A DNA stretch of 64,000 nucleotides, counting the filler, from Sphacelaria rigidula (Eukaryota): assembly GCA_964200075.2 (NCBI GenBank). It is 3 parts of 3 records of this genome, joined end to end, with 100 filler letters (N's around TTAATTAATTAA, not from the genome) between each part and the next. Parts side by side here need not be neighbours in the genome. Positions count along the whole stretch, not along the records: positions 21,704 to 43,302 come from CAXNAA020000404.1; 2 more parts are not named here. One strand, given 5' to 3'. A program made the translations under genes and the position numbers. Every line of letters starts with the position of its first letter. The first letter of the stretch is position 1. Shown here one piece after another: positions 25,001-41,552 of this stretch. Under the pieces are notes generated by a model. That model was given only the letters and a program-made list of their open reading frames with translations. It was not told the DNA's origin and made no database searches.

Positions 25001-28000
25001 GAATGAACACAAGTGCCGAACAACGAGTGCCGAATATAGGAACGTGAAGGGCCATGAAAAGTCGGAATTTGAAGATGGACATGCATTATCAAGTGCGGTG
25101 GAGACTATCATGCGTGAGAGGACCGCGTGCCTAGGGGACCGCAGCGGAGTTTAAACACCCCTATGGTTGGGGTCTGGGTTGGAGTTAGTTATGGGGTTAG
25201 GGTCAGGGACGTGGTCCCTACAGGCACTGGCCCGATTGGTTTTGAAAAACGTCGATCCTGATATGTTTCGAACTACGATGCGGTCTTTTAAGCACGCGGT
25301 CCTCTCACGCATTACAAAGATTACCGCCCCCCCCACACCCGTTACCCTCATCACAGCCACACGACAGGAATAACTGATGGATGAGAACGCTAGGAAACAG
25401 AGAGTATAGGTGAAATTAAAGCTGATGGGAAGATTTTACAGTATCATCACAACATATTAGTCGATCGAGCACCATGCCCTGGGCCATCAGGCCCTGGATG
25501 GGTTGCACACCGTGTATTTCGTCATCACAGTGTGAACAACTGTGAGGTGGGGTACGCTACTTTCGTCAGTTGGTGACGCCCGCCATGCTTTCTACTTCTG
25601 CCCGTAAATATATACATATATGTGTGTGTCGTCTGCATGGATGTGATGTTTTGGTGTTTTCTCTCTGTGGATGTTTGTGGCAGGCTGCATTTGGAGGGGA
25701 CATAATCAGATCGCTCCATTTTGGCTGGGAATAGCCAGGAGGAGAGTAGGCTAAAACCTAGTGTTCATGCGGTCGAATGTCACGGCTAATAACGCCCGCA
25801 CTCACATGGTATCAAGAGTACACATTTTAGTACAGAACGCTGAACACACAAGAGTAGCACAGTACAGCACACGGCCCCAACGCACAGCGCCAGCTGGAGT
25901 GTCACAGCAGCGGACATCGCCTTGTTCGTTTTACGAAAGACGAAACAGCCAATACACCATGAAATTTTCAACAGTGTGCAGCCAGCACTGCCTGCCGACC
26001 AAAACTATTTCCTTGGGAAACGAACACAACGACAATATCGCAGCTTATGCTATCCAAACCGTCTTCGCAATGCGTCAATACCCCGTAGTACAGCCAGTCA
26101 AAGCTCGAACACGTGAGAAAAGGCGTGAGGGAGGTTTTGCTGCGGTGCAGTGAAACAGGACATGTTCTATGTTTTAGCCCTTCGCCCGGTTATGGACAGG
26201 TCCTCAATTTGGAGCGAGAGCCGAGTTTGAGCGTTCGGTCGTATTTGCGCTTTTAGTTCACCTTGGGTTACCATTTTATTTACGTGTGGTAGGGCTGACT
26301 TGTGATGCGTGTTTCGCACGCTAATTTAATGAAGCAGATTCTGTCCAGGTACATCTTCAGTTTGCTATATTTGTCAGGAGCCCTTTTAGTGTGTGGCCGG
26401 GGTATTTTCTTCAGACTAAACGGACTATTCAAAAATAACAATATATGCCCAATGTTCATCGTAGGAAAATGTAGAGGAGCGATGCTACGGTAGGGGTGAA
26501 ATTTTTTGCGCAAACGCTTGTTTGGTTCAGGGGCTCCTGGAGATGATAGATGCACCAGACTATGGGTCAGGGCATCCCCGTTTGGAAACGCGTCCGGGAT
26601 GTCCCCAGCACATTGGGGCCGTTAAGCCTTTCTCACGATGAATTAAGGCAAGCACAGCAGAAGAAGGAAAGCGGAGTACTGAATCAAGAAACGATAGTTA
26701 CAAAACCCCTGTGTTGACCTTCCTCCAGTGTGACCCCGGCTGATACGTCCGCAAACACTCAGAGGTGTGGACTGGCCTGCAGAATAGAGTGATCCTACGA
26801 TGGGGGGGGGAGGGGATTCACGAAAAAATGCTCATGGGTATATCAGACGGCTCAAGACACTCGCGGTGTGCTTGTATTTGGGTGAAAGCGATGTCAAGCA
26901 GTACAAACGAGTGCCATCAATAGGTGATAGCGGCGTTCGAAGAACGGTTGCTGTTTTCGTGGCAGAAATGGCCCCAGCTACCCCCCCCCCCCTCCCGCCC
27001 CTCCCGCCTATCGTAAGATGATTCACAGGTGGGATAACAACACTCCCACGCTACGCGGACAAACATTTTTCTGCGGTGTGTATGCTGCAGTGGCTCAATG
27101 GCACTCTATTTGCTTTTCCCCCATGCTGAATAAAGTATCACTCGATCACGAAGTGAAGCAGTGTTGTCTGCTCTTGGGATAAACGCGTCAGTTCATCCTG
27201 GAAATTTGAAAAAAGAAAAAAGGCCGTGGTGAACCGTCATATAGAGAAAAACATGGCGCTCTGTGTAATAATGCATGCCCCAACGCCACAGACATGACGC
27301 GCATTGTGATACATCAGCGGACTGTGTCTACCTCTGAAAGCGTGACGCGGCGAGTTTGACTAGTTTCAGTGGTGACACATCCCAGCCGATGGACTTGACG
27401 CCAATGTCGTGTGCCGCACTTTCTATTCTCTCTCGAAAACCCAAGGCTAAGATCAACTTCGAAGATGAGACTGGAAACATCAAGGAGATGAGGTTCGACC
27501 CCAAAAAATGATTTCCCTCGCCTAAAGTCATGGCAAAGGACGTTCACGTGGATGCTCCCCGATCTCCCTGGGATTATTTCTGGGAGTTTCCCGCCTCCCG
27601 TTTCCCTATCGGGTACGTGCGAAAACAACATTTTCGGGCTGAAAGCATTCGTTTCTCGCCCCGAAATCTAGGCAAAGAGGCGCTTTCGCATAAAACAATA
27701 TTTTCGTGAGATTGAGAGTAGAGGATACGATTGAGAGTGGAAAACGGTCAATTGGTGAATGAATCGTTTCAGTTCCGAAAGGCCCCCTCCACGAGGCCCG
27801 ATATGTTTTCTGTAGTAGCTTGCCACCGAGGCCCTTGATATCCCTGAGTAGGATATCGACGTGTAGCTGTAAGCACACACTAGTGATAGAGGCAAAGAAA
27901 AGTACGCACGGAATAAAAAAATGGCTAGGTTAAAGCGATTTACCAAAGCCACTCTCAATCAGCGCTCTACTCTCAATCTCACGAAAACGTTGTTATAAAC

Positions 28001-31000
28001 CCTTTGAGAAAACGCATGAGATCGTCCATAATATACGGAGTCATTTGTCATGACAGTAGGTCAGGGAAAGCACTATTTTGATGCTGCACCTCATATGAAT
28101 GTTCAGCCTCGTTTTTCATTATATCTTCCTCATTTTACGCCAAACTTTCGTACACCGAGAAACGCGAAAGTATGCACGAATATATTCCGATGATATAGAC
28201 CGAATCATTATTACGAGGTGGCAGACTCCGTCGAGCCCTGTTTTCGCGGGGAAAGCGTGACGGGGGGATCACGAAAGCACTGTCCCGCGATATGTCGTTT
28301 TATGAACCGCAAAAAGTGGCCTGAGCGATGGCACTTGAGACAAGACAGTGACGCACAAACTGCAACTGCAAGAAGGGGTATGACGTGGCCCTATCAAATC
28401 GGGTTATGGCAAAGAGGATTGAAGAGCAAGAGGGTGCACTAGCATCGGGTAGTTGCTGTGCATTGTAACTGGTGCGCGTTCTATGGGATATGTGCTGGCT
28501 GCATATGGGCGAAGACAAATGAGTCTCGCGTCAGCTGGTATGCTTCATGTGTATACCGCTGTAAAGAGCTCCTGGGAAGTCTTCTCGGCGTGTCTGTCGA
28601 GCAATGCTGCCGCTGTGTCGCTGCGCGAGAATATACGAGTACGAACTGGGCTGTGTTATGTGCCATGATTCAAAAATATTGAAGGCGCTACTTGGACATG
28701 ACGGGCTGGGCTGTTGCCTCATGAATATTTTTTTTGGATAGTCATGGCTGTATTGACGGACCAGGGTTATTCGAAAGCGTTTCATCCTAGAAATAGAAAA
28801 GGTCATTCCCAAAGCAACGCTCTCTTTAACGAATACCTTACTACGTTTACACCTGCATGGGATTCTTGCTGCATGACAGGCTTGCTATCAACTTTCCATG
28901 CTCACAGCGCTGACCAAAAGCGTGCTTTTGCCTCGATTTCGAGCGAATAAATCCAGCAGCAAAGCACACGCGACCATTCGGTTACCCCCAAACATACTCT
29001 GCTGCGGTAAACGATTTTAGCCTCCAGAGAAATTAAACCCCTTCAGAGGGTGCGCGGCTCTCCAGACGGGTGGGATCAAACGCCTCCAGCGGCTTGTTTT
29101 GCCTCTGGAGGGCCACGCATCCCTCCGGAGGAATTTGGAGAATGCGCGGCCCTCCAAAGCACCATCTTTTTTGTTACTCTCGAGGGACTCAGACCTCACA
29201 AGTCACTGGAGCATCAGATGCCCTTCGGAGGATTTAGGGCCACCTGGGCATGAGATACCCTCCAGAGGGTATTTTTCCCTCGAGAGGATGAAAATCGCGA
29301 AAGAGGATTTCCAAGGGGGTCCCGAATGGCCGCGTGTGAGAGCGTCGCTCCCTGTTAGCGCTGTGGGCTCAACGCCAAGGAAGTGTCGACGCGATCGTGG
29401 GACATTTGGTCGAATGAGTCGTCGGTCAGTTTCGGCCAGAAGTCGTCACTGTTTCTGGGGTGAACCTCATGTTGTGGATTCATCCCTTCTTTGCTGTGCA
29501 TAGTACTAAGTGTGTCCCGCCATTTGGTACCACAATCAGGGCATCTGAAAAAAACAGGAGCAGCAAGCACAGCAGCAGTGAGTGCAAGTATTTACAGTAG
29601 ATGCATACCCGTTCACTGCCTCCTTCATCGCACGCAGAAACTCGACATCATCAGCGGCACGCGCATCACTACTGGTTCGAGCGCAATACTGTCTTCGCTT
29701 TTGGTGGCTCACACATTCGCCCGCACCGCTCTGTACTAGACGCAGTTCACATTAATGCAAACGACGACAGACAAGAGCAGGAGGGTGGATGAAATCGAGA
29801 TACCACGGCTATCAAGGCGACGCTTTTTGCCTACTGGGAACCCAGCCACTAAAGTGAAAGACGTATACTGCCATGATACAGCCGCACCGTAGTCGCTGAC
29901 CTATCTGTCGGGTCGCAGCGAGTACAAACCTCGAACCCTCTTGACATGTGCAGATTTACACTACTATCGCGTGGGGTTGCTGTTGACCGCTGAGGTGGTG
30001 GGTCATGTGTTGAATTGGCATCATTATAACTTGAAAAATAACGTCAAGGCCTAGATGAACTACCGTGCGTGGCGGTCAGCGGGGTAAAAATAGTCGTTTC
30101 CATCGCTAGACATGCTCTCACACCATGGTGCGTGCCTCCAAACGAGAAAGGCACGCTCACCACAAGCAGTACGTGTGATGAATATTATGGGAGCTATCTC
30201 GAACTCGGGGTTCCCAATATAAGGGAGGATCCTGAGAAATGAGGTTGAACAAAACAATGACGGTAGTAAGTCTCAACCCCAAAATAGAGTTTTCCCTACA
30301 CCAAGAGTAATTATGCCCAACACTCTTTGCACTCCGGTCGATCACGTGGAACCTGTTTCAGCGCCTCTTACCGGCTGCGTGAACCTACAGCACTGAGTGG
30401 AAGCGGCACCTTACCCTGATTGTGGGGTTCTAATATTTTCGGGAAATAGGCGCTGTCACTCAACACTCTGGGCTGACAAAGGCGATAAAAGGCACTGAAA
30501 TATGTCCCATGCTATCGAGGGACATTGGACCTGAAGGAACGCCACCGAGCACAGTTACTTTTAGTTAAGGGAAAACAACGCTGTTCTGATATTTAGATAC
30601 CTTTTTCTTGTTCAACCCCTCATCTCAGGACCCTCTCCTCGATGCACTCGACAGGAAACATGAAAACTTACGTATTGGGAACCTTGAGTTTGAGATACCT
30701 CAACTACGAGCGAACGCATATTTTATACACGGCATGCGGTGTGCATTTGGACAACAAGAAGAAAAATCTCTGCGGGCACAGAAAGCTATTTTTCCCGCTC
30801 GACGAAAAAAATGGAGCCGTAACGGATACAAGTAGCCGTTCTGAACCCTCCCCATGACACTGGTGACAAAACATTCGCGTGCCGTGCGTTTCAAATCTTG
30901 CTGGCGGCAGCCGAACAAATTGAACCGAACAAGTACATGTGACACGGCAATATGAGTCGGTACGCTAATATTACCGCAAACCGGTACAATACCGTCGCTG

Positions 31001-32217
31001 TCAGCTGCTGGATTGATTTCAGGCATCATTCGTACGTTTCGTCGTCAAGCGCGGTCAAACTTGTAGATATTTGCTATGCACAACATTGTAGGACTATTTG
31101 CGCGCATCCAAAAATTCAGCACGCGGTCGCGCGTACGACGGCACATTCGATGTAGCATCATTTCGTTCGCACAACATGGTGGAAATGACAGACACGATGA
31201 GCTTCACACCTGAAATCAGTGCTGCACGCGAATTTCCCCGAGTTGCTACTTCCGTGCCAAAGTTGTGCAGCGCTCCACTGAGTAATTACCCCGTGTAGAT
31301 CACACGTGCAGCTTGACGGGTAGATACATACACTTTGAAGTGCCGCATGTCCTTGCAGGACTGAGGGCGCTGACTTACTCCCGGTAGTTCAAGTCCGTGT
31401 TTAGGACGGTCCACCGGCATCTTTCATTCACTTTTTGTCCGCCCCGTGTTCATGATGATGATGTTTTGCTGTTGAATACAGAAGTGAAATATGAAATAAT
31501 AGGATATACATATAGAAGCCTACACCTGTGGCACGGTATTTCAATGCGCGAACAGCACTCGCGACTCCTGCATTCACGGCTCCAAGGACCTGAACAATCT
31601 CTCGTAGTGCAGAAGGCTATTACGCATAGCTGGCCACCAACGAACTGCCGTACAAAATGCATACTACAGACAAAAGTAGAGCACACCAACCATTATGCTA
31701 GAGGTGGGACTGCGCATACAATTTAGGGAGCCCCGGCAACCACAAGTTGATCGCTACCTACTATCTACTACTGTACACTAGATACTCACGGTGAGAAGCA
31801 TCCCAAAGGCCTGAACTGGTAGTGTATGACACTGCACAGCAAGGCGAACGGTGAAGTCGTCGACTTTTCAGCATGTTCCGACTCGCCCGACACGACGCTG
31901 CTGCCGCCGCTGCCCCGGCCAACACCAAGCTTGTGATCACGCCTTTCCCTTGCCTTCCAGATCGCCTCGTAGATGCCACCCAGTGCAGCAGCAACCATGA
32001 TGGGCATGAAAAGAAACACACCTCTCTGGTTGTGGTAGTGGCTGATGGTGGCTCCGCCAGGCTCGAGCTCCACTTCTAGTTGAAAGTTAGGGAAGATGTT
32101 CTCCTTGTACCACTTGCCCGGAGACATCAAGAAAAAGAAGAGGGTGACCAGGAGTACGACGTAGCCCAGCAGACGAAGGCTCATGAGGGCTGAGCCTACG
32201 CCCGAACATCCGGACAT
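22065..32217 (-). CDS. Paralogous ferric-reductase N-terminal module (paralog B); exons 32217-31790 and 22250-22065; no further exons seen
   Basis: Exon 1 shares MPI..AAALGG.YEAIWK.RE.R and HY.FRPLG...P with exon 1 of A and ends at the same phase-2 GT. Exon 2 (186 nt, WMSVGE..WQ..C..GPSSRC..G..P..QFR) matches A exons 2+3 (71+115=186 nt, WLTVGE..WQ..C..DPSSWC..G..P..QYK). Confidence 0.8.
23757..23962. mobile_element. MITE family C with internal telomere-like repeats; other copies 25109-25314 and 40525-40744
   Basis: ~33-bp TIR GCGTGAGAGGACCGCGTGCTTAGGGGACCGCA; internal degenerate (CCCTAA)n/(TTAGGG)n tract. Confidence 0.85.
24530..24600. repeat. Dispersed repeat; inverted copy at ~25515-25585
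   Basis: CCAACTGACG.AA.TAGC..ACCCC.CCTCACAGTTGTTCACACTG present in both orientations. Confidence 0.7.
24674..24969. mobile_element. MITE family B (~300 bp); other copies 27694-27994, 35060-35362, 42579-42881
   Basis: TIR ACAACGTTTTCGTGAGATTGAGAGTAGAG.. / ..CTCTACTCTCAATCTCACGAAAACATTGT and a shared internal sequence in 4 copies. Confidence 0.85.
26477..26616. mobile_element. MITE family A, truncated
   Basis: Left TIR and first ~140 bp match family A. Confidence 0.75.
28965..29338. mobile_element. Non-autonomous CAC..GTG element (CMC/CACTA-like) with subterminal CCTCCAGAG repeats
   Basis: AG|CACACGCGACCATTCGG..CCCCC ... GGGGG..CCGAATGGCCGCGTGTG|AG; many internal CC(C)TCCAGAG(GG) variants in both orientations. 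Confidence 0.7.
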
Positions 32218-35200
32218 GTTTGCTGTTCGTAGTCACCTGTATGTATTGTCAAGTATCTTGTCTGAAATTCCACCCGTGTGTCTGACGCCCGCACACTGCA
32301 GACTGCGCCGTTTCCACCTCTTTGATCACTTTCGGTCCGGTAGAATCAACAAGGGATCAGGGCGCGGGGTGGGCTGCTGTACAACGCAGTAGTCAGGCAG
32401 TGGGTCGGTGGGTTTAGGCTTTTACAGCCGCGCCGTCGCCTTTTTGGAGATTGAATGGAACGTGGCGGGTTTAGGGCTGATGAACAACTGCACCGGGATG
32501 CGCGGGTGGGATGGTCACTTGTCGTGCTGACGGAGTTGTTCATGGTTGGAGTGGGTGGGACAGAGTTTGACTGATTGGCGGAAATAATCAGAAATAATAT
32601 GCCGAACAGTCCCTGTCAGCTGTTGAAGTGGTGCCGTGTATTACCGCACAAGTGTTCAAAGAACTTTCTTCATCCAGACGATATCTGAAAACTCGATCCG
32701 TCGTATATCACTCTGTGGTGCCGACACACAACAAAAAGTGCTCCCGCGAGTCTGTCTTCGGGCAGCCCTCCAACCCCTCGAATTCCGAGAGTGGCGTATT
32801 CGATGAATGCCTATTCTATAGTGCTGAGAAATACCCCATCAGTGGGGCATATTTATATAATACCTCACCCTTGTATCTCGCCACACACGCCGATACGTTC
32901 CCACGCACACAGGCCTATCCAGGTATCCAGGAACCCATCGTTTGGCCGAAACAGCCAAGCCCTGGCGTCTCTACGGTATGTCAGGGTATATTTCCAAGAA
33001 TTCAACCATTTCACACCCGACAACACCACAGTGAAGTTTGCGCGAATCAAACGATATAAACTGCGTGATTGAAAAGTACTTGATTTCAGGTGCACCGTCA
33101 CATTTGGATCTTTGGGGGGCTGTATAATGCCTTTCGGCTACGAAGGCGCCGCAGGCACCGATTGAAGCTTTCCCAGTGCAGATTTGCCTGGGGCACCCTC
33201 TGCCCCTCCCTTCTCCGAGGATCCAATATGTGCCTTGGATAAGGGCGTCGGTCAGGGTTGACACAAGGATTTGACAGTATCGTCGATTTTGTCGGGGTAA
33301 ACCCTCAAACCGCCCCAACAACCGCACCCCAGTACCAACCGTTTTCGAGCATGTCATGTGGGACGATAGATCTACCATGCTTGCGGGCTCTCTCCTGTTT
33401 ACACCAGTCTTGATCACGAACCAAGACACACACACACATATATATACGCCGAAGTGGATGGCCCCTACTCATGTGATCAAGAGGGGGATATTCAGGAACA
33501 CATGCAGAAGCGCGGTAGCGGCGGCAGCAGCAGCGGCAGCGGCAGCAGTAAGAATAATACCGACAACGGGGCGCGAGAGATACGGCCTACGAAACAAAAC
33601 GCGGGATACCCTACGGCAGAGGACCCATGTACCGTTTTTCGCCCCGTACAAGGCCTCTTGCATCGCCAGTTCCCAGGCCCGCTGTCGCTCACTCTATTGC
33701 TGTTGTATGTTATTCTACGACAGGTTGTATGGCGCATCGTAGATTTCCGTACTTATGAGCAATGGTAAACTCTGCGAGAAACATTTTGATCGTTGGAGGA
33801 AACGTGAGATTCGAGATTCTGGATGCTCAATGGCCGATCTGAACATGATAATTACTGCACCCGTCCAGAATGGTCCTCCTGTAAGACCGAAGGCCAGTAC
33901 GTATCCTATGGGTGGTGACGAGAAAACTTGAGCACACGGCCGAAACAGGAGTAGCACGGGATGGGGAGAAAAGCACGGGTATCAACTGAAGTAGCGCATG
34001 AAGCGAGTGTCGAGAGAGGTACATGTGATGCTGCAGGCGACATGTGCTCATATAGATCCCAGATAGTTCACACCATGCTTGGATCTCCAGACGGTAGTTT
34101 GCGGCGCTATTGCAGCCCTTGGACGGGTCGGAGCCCTCAGAGAATGACAAGTTTGTGCCACTCGCCACTCGTCATCGTACATGCACTGTTGTTACTGTAC
34201 AGCCAGTAGTCCGATTATGATGAAAGACTGTAAACCTTCAAATTTTGAATAGGGGAAGAGGTATTCCGTCAAAGAGCACCCGCCTACAAAGGGCGTTATT
34301 CACACTGCAACCGCGAGAGTAGGTCATCTGGGCCATGCACTCGTGTTTCAAGTGAAAATGAGGCTGTTACAAGAGATGATATATCATGGCGGTCAAGAAG
34401 TCTCAATCTGGGTCAGAGTCGGTGTCACTCGATCATCATCCCAGATCCAGTCATCAACGAGTGATGCCGCGATAGCCTCCCCCCAAAATCAGCCCCAAAC
34501 CTGGCCGGAAGAAAATGGCCTTACATACAGCGCATGATAGCTGATTTTAGAGTGGATGAAGCCCCTCATACATGCGACTTTGTTGGCGAAAACGATGACA
34601 AACGTGGGGATTCCCAGCTGCTAGGTGTGCTCGACATTTTTCATCTTGATTTGCATGTAGATTTTGCCTCTTCAAACCAGTCGCGTGCTACCCTGTACCG
34701 TGCGGGCCCAGCCCGGTAAGCCCTGAAGGGAAAGAACAGATCGGAGATCGCGTGAAGTGGATAAAAGCAGTCAATAATCTATGTGGATTTGTTCGTGTGG
34801 AAGAGGGGCTGGTACGCCCGGGATGCACGTAAAGGGTGGCACGAGAGGAACACTCAACACCTTCATTTGGGGCTGTTACAGCGGGCTTTATATCCGTCCA
34901 TTTCCATGCCATGATTATCTATTTCCCTCCATAAAAGGTTGAAAATGGATGAAAAGTATGAAATGCGTCTGAAAAATGAATGAAAATGAATGAGATGAAA
35001 AAAGAAGTATCAAGCACATCATTGGAAATGGATGAAAAGTCGGCATGGGACCCATACATGACAATGTTGTCGTGAGATTGAGAGTCGAGGATACGGTTGA
35101 GCGTGAAAAGCGATCAATTAGTGACTGAATCGTTTCAACTCTGAAAGGTCCCTCCACGAGGCTCGATATGTTTTCTGTAGTAGCTTGCAACTGAGGCCCT

Positions 35201-35746
35201 TCATATCCCGGAGTAGGATATCGGCGTGTATGTAGCTGTCAGCACACTCTAGTGAGAAAGTGAAGAAAAGCACACGCGGAATGAAAAATTGGCCAAGTTT
35301 AGGCAAACTACCAAAGCCACTCTCAATCAGCGCTCTACTCTCAATTTCACGAAAACGTTGTTAAATGGTGATCCTTGAAGTGAAATAAATCATGCGTGAA
35401 GCGCGATTACGGCCGAGCGTCCAAGATCGGCACCCGGCAAGCACTTAGGGCCGGTGTCAAAACAGGCGAAGAACTAAAATATGGCACACGTCCTGTTTCA
35501 CTGTACTGCAGCACAAACACTCTCAGGTCCTCTCTCACTTACTGTAGTCCTCACTGTTCTATGGTGTGTTTAGACCGTGCGCAGACGCTTTGGTCTCCGC
35601 TGAGATTGCCTGACAGAGCTGCTGTGTTGTTATGTTCATCTCTGTAAAATATAGTATCGCACAGTAGTAGTATCTGCACACTTCACTGTTGTCTGTGAAA
35701 TATACCGGGAATCTCGAGTCTGAGATACCTCAAATGACGGCCCTTA

Positions 35747-37065
35747 GGCCAACTCTTATGGGAGCGTTTAATATTTGAATTTGCAATAATTTTAAGCGAC
35801 ATTTTTTTTTTCTCCTTGCCGTAGTTGTGTATTTTGTGCCCGTTTACCTCGATGACAAGGAAAAAGAAACTCCTCTGAAATTGTTGCAAAATAAAATTTC
35901 CAAACACTCCCATAAGAATTCGCCTTAGGCCAAATCTGATGCGAGCCGTTCAAATTTTTTGTCAGGAACTGCCTTTTGGGCCTTTCTCCGTCGATTTCCG
36001 CCCGAAAAGAGGGCAAAGAGGGTGTTGATGCCTTGGAATGACTTGCTCTACTCGTTCAGACCGTTCTAGGGTAACTCTGCATTTCCCGCTGGCCGCTCTT
36101 TCATTTTTGGCCAAATCAGGCCAAACACGAATTTCAGTGAAAACGGTCAGATGATATAAAACTTTCCCCCTCTTTTTTTATCGCTTCGTCATTTTTTGTT
36201 GAAAATCCGTGTTTGGCTAAAAATAAAAGTGCTGCCAGCGGGAAATGCAAAGTTGCCCTGGTACGGCCTCAATATGTAGAGCAAGTCATTTCAAGGCGTC
36301 AACATTCGCCTAGCCCTCTTTTCAGGCGTAAAACGACGGAGAAGGGCCAAAAAGGCAGTTTTGAACAGAATTTTTGAAGGGCTCCCAGTGGAGTTGGCCT
36401 AATAAGACCGCCTCTAATGGGAGCGGTTCAAAATTAATGTTCAAAACTGCCTTTTGGACCCTCCGTCGATTTACGCCCGAAAAGAGGGCTAGGGGGATGT
36501 TGACGCCTTGGAATGACTTGCTCTACTTGTTGAGACCGGTCTAGGGTAGCTTGGCATTTCCCGCTCGCCGCACTTTTGTTTTTGGCCAAACCAGGTCAAA
36601 CACGAATTTCTGTGAAAAACGATCAGGTGATGAAACTTTCAAAATTTCCCCCTGTTTTTTTATCGCTGGACCGTTTTCTGTTGGAAATCCGTGTTTGGCC
36701 AATAATTAGAGTGCGGCCAGCGGGAAATGCGAAGTTGCCCTGGAGCGGCCTCAATGAGTAGAGCAAGTCATTCCAAGGCGTCAACATTCGCCCAGCACTT
36801 TTTTCAGGCGTAAAACGACGGAGAAGGGCCAAAAAGGCAGTTTTGAGCAGAATTTTTGAACAGCTCCCATTAGAGGCGGTCTGAGGCCAACTCTTATGGG
36901 AGCGTTGAGAAAAAAAAATTGCATTAATTTTAACCGACTTTTTTTGTGGTTGTTGCCGTAGTTGTGTATTTTGTGCCCGTTTACCATGATGATGAAGGAA
37001 ATAAAAATAAACTCCTCTGGAATTGTTGCAAAATAAAATTTCAAACGCTCCCAAAAGAGTTGGCC
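35747..37065. mobile_element. Four abutting PIF/Harbinger-type MITEs: 35747-35924, 35928-36399, 36406-36881, 36885-37065
   Basis: Related TIRs (GGCCAACTCTTATGGGAGCG-like) separated only by TTA / TAATAA / TGA. The two short elements are homologous to each other, as are the two long palindromic ones. Confidence 0.8.
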
Positions 37066-37313
37066 TGAGCAGCAAAGCTGTGACACAAGAACACATGGAT
37101 GGCCATATTTTCCATCGCCGGGGCAACGTTGCCGCATATTTTGAACTCATCAGCCTGTCATGTAGACTCACGGTTATTTTGCCAATTCTATTCGAATTGC
37201 CGCATTCGAGGTCTCACGGAGAAGAATCTAACCCGCCTCGCTTTGACGACGCACATGGAATGGGTCACGAAAAATGTCTGAAAAAAATACGATATCACTC
37301 TCCTTGCTTCAGA

Positions 37314-37533
37314 AGGGCCTGTTTAAACCAAACAGCAAAGGTGAGATGCGTAGTGAGATCAAGTGAGTTTGGCGTTTTCCGTGATGTTTCGTCCTTTGTC
37401 CTTCCAACTGTTGGTTGCCCATCAGCTCTCAACCAATCAGGGAGACAAGAAAAAATGAAATCACTAAATCCGCCAGAATCCCTCTCACTCTTTCGGCGCC
37501 TGCTTACTTTTTTGTCTCGTTAAAACGGGCCCT
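37314..37533. mobile_element. Short Harbinger-like element; partial homolog at ~24290-24433
   Basis: AGGGCCTGTTTAA ... TTAAAACGGGCCCT termini; shared TTGTCCTTCCAA..CCAATCAGG..TTTTGTCTCGT with the 24.3-kb copy. Confidence 0.55.
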
Positions 37534-37824
37534 GACCCCGTGCCGTAACATGTAGTCACACAGAGCCAGCGTGCTTACAACGACAGTGCCCGTATCACGG
37601 GATACAAGAACTCATCCTGGCTTTCCTGGACCACAGGGCAAGGATTACGATGATACGAACAGCATTTTGAATCAGGGTTTGAATTGTCTCGTACGGGACG
37701 CCACGCTGCTGCACGTCGTCAAGCCGCCTATATCTTGGATTGCGGCCATACACCACGACAGAACGGTTCCGACAGTGCGTGTCGCCAAACATTATATCTG
37801 CCCCGTTATACACAGCGACACCTA

Positions 37825-41552
<3,728 letters not shown>

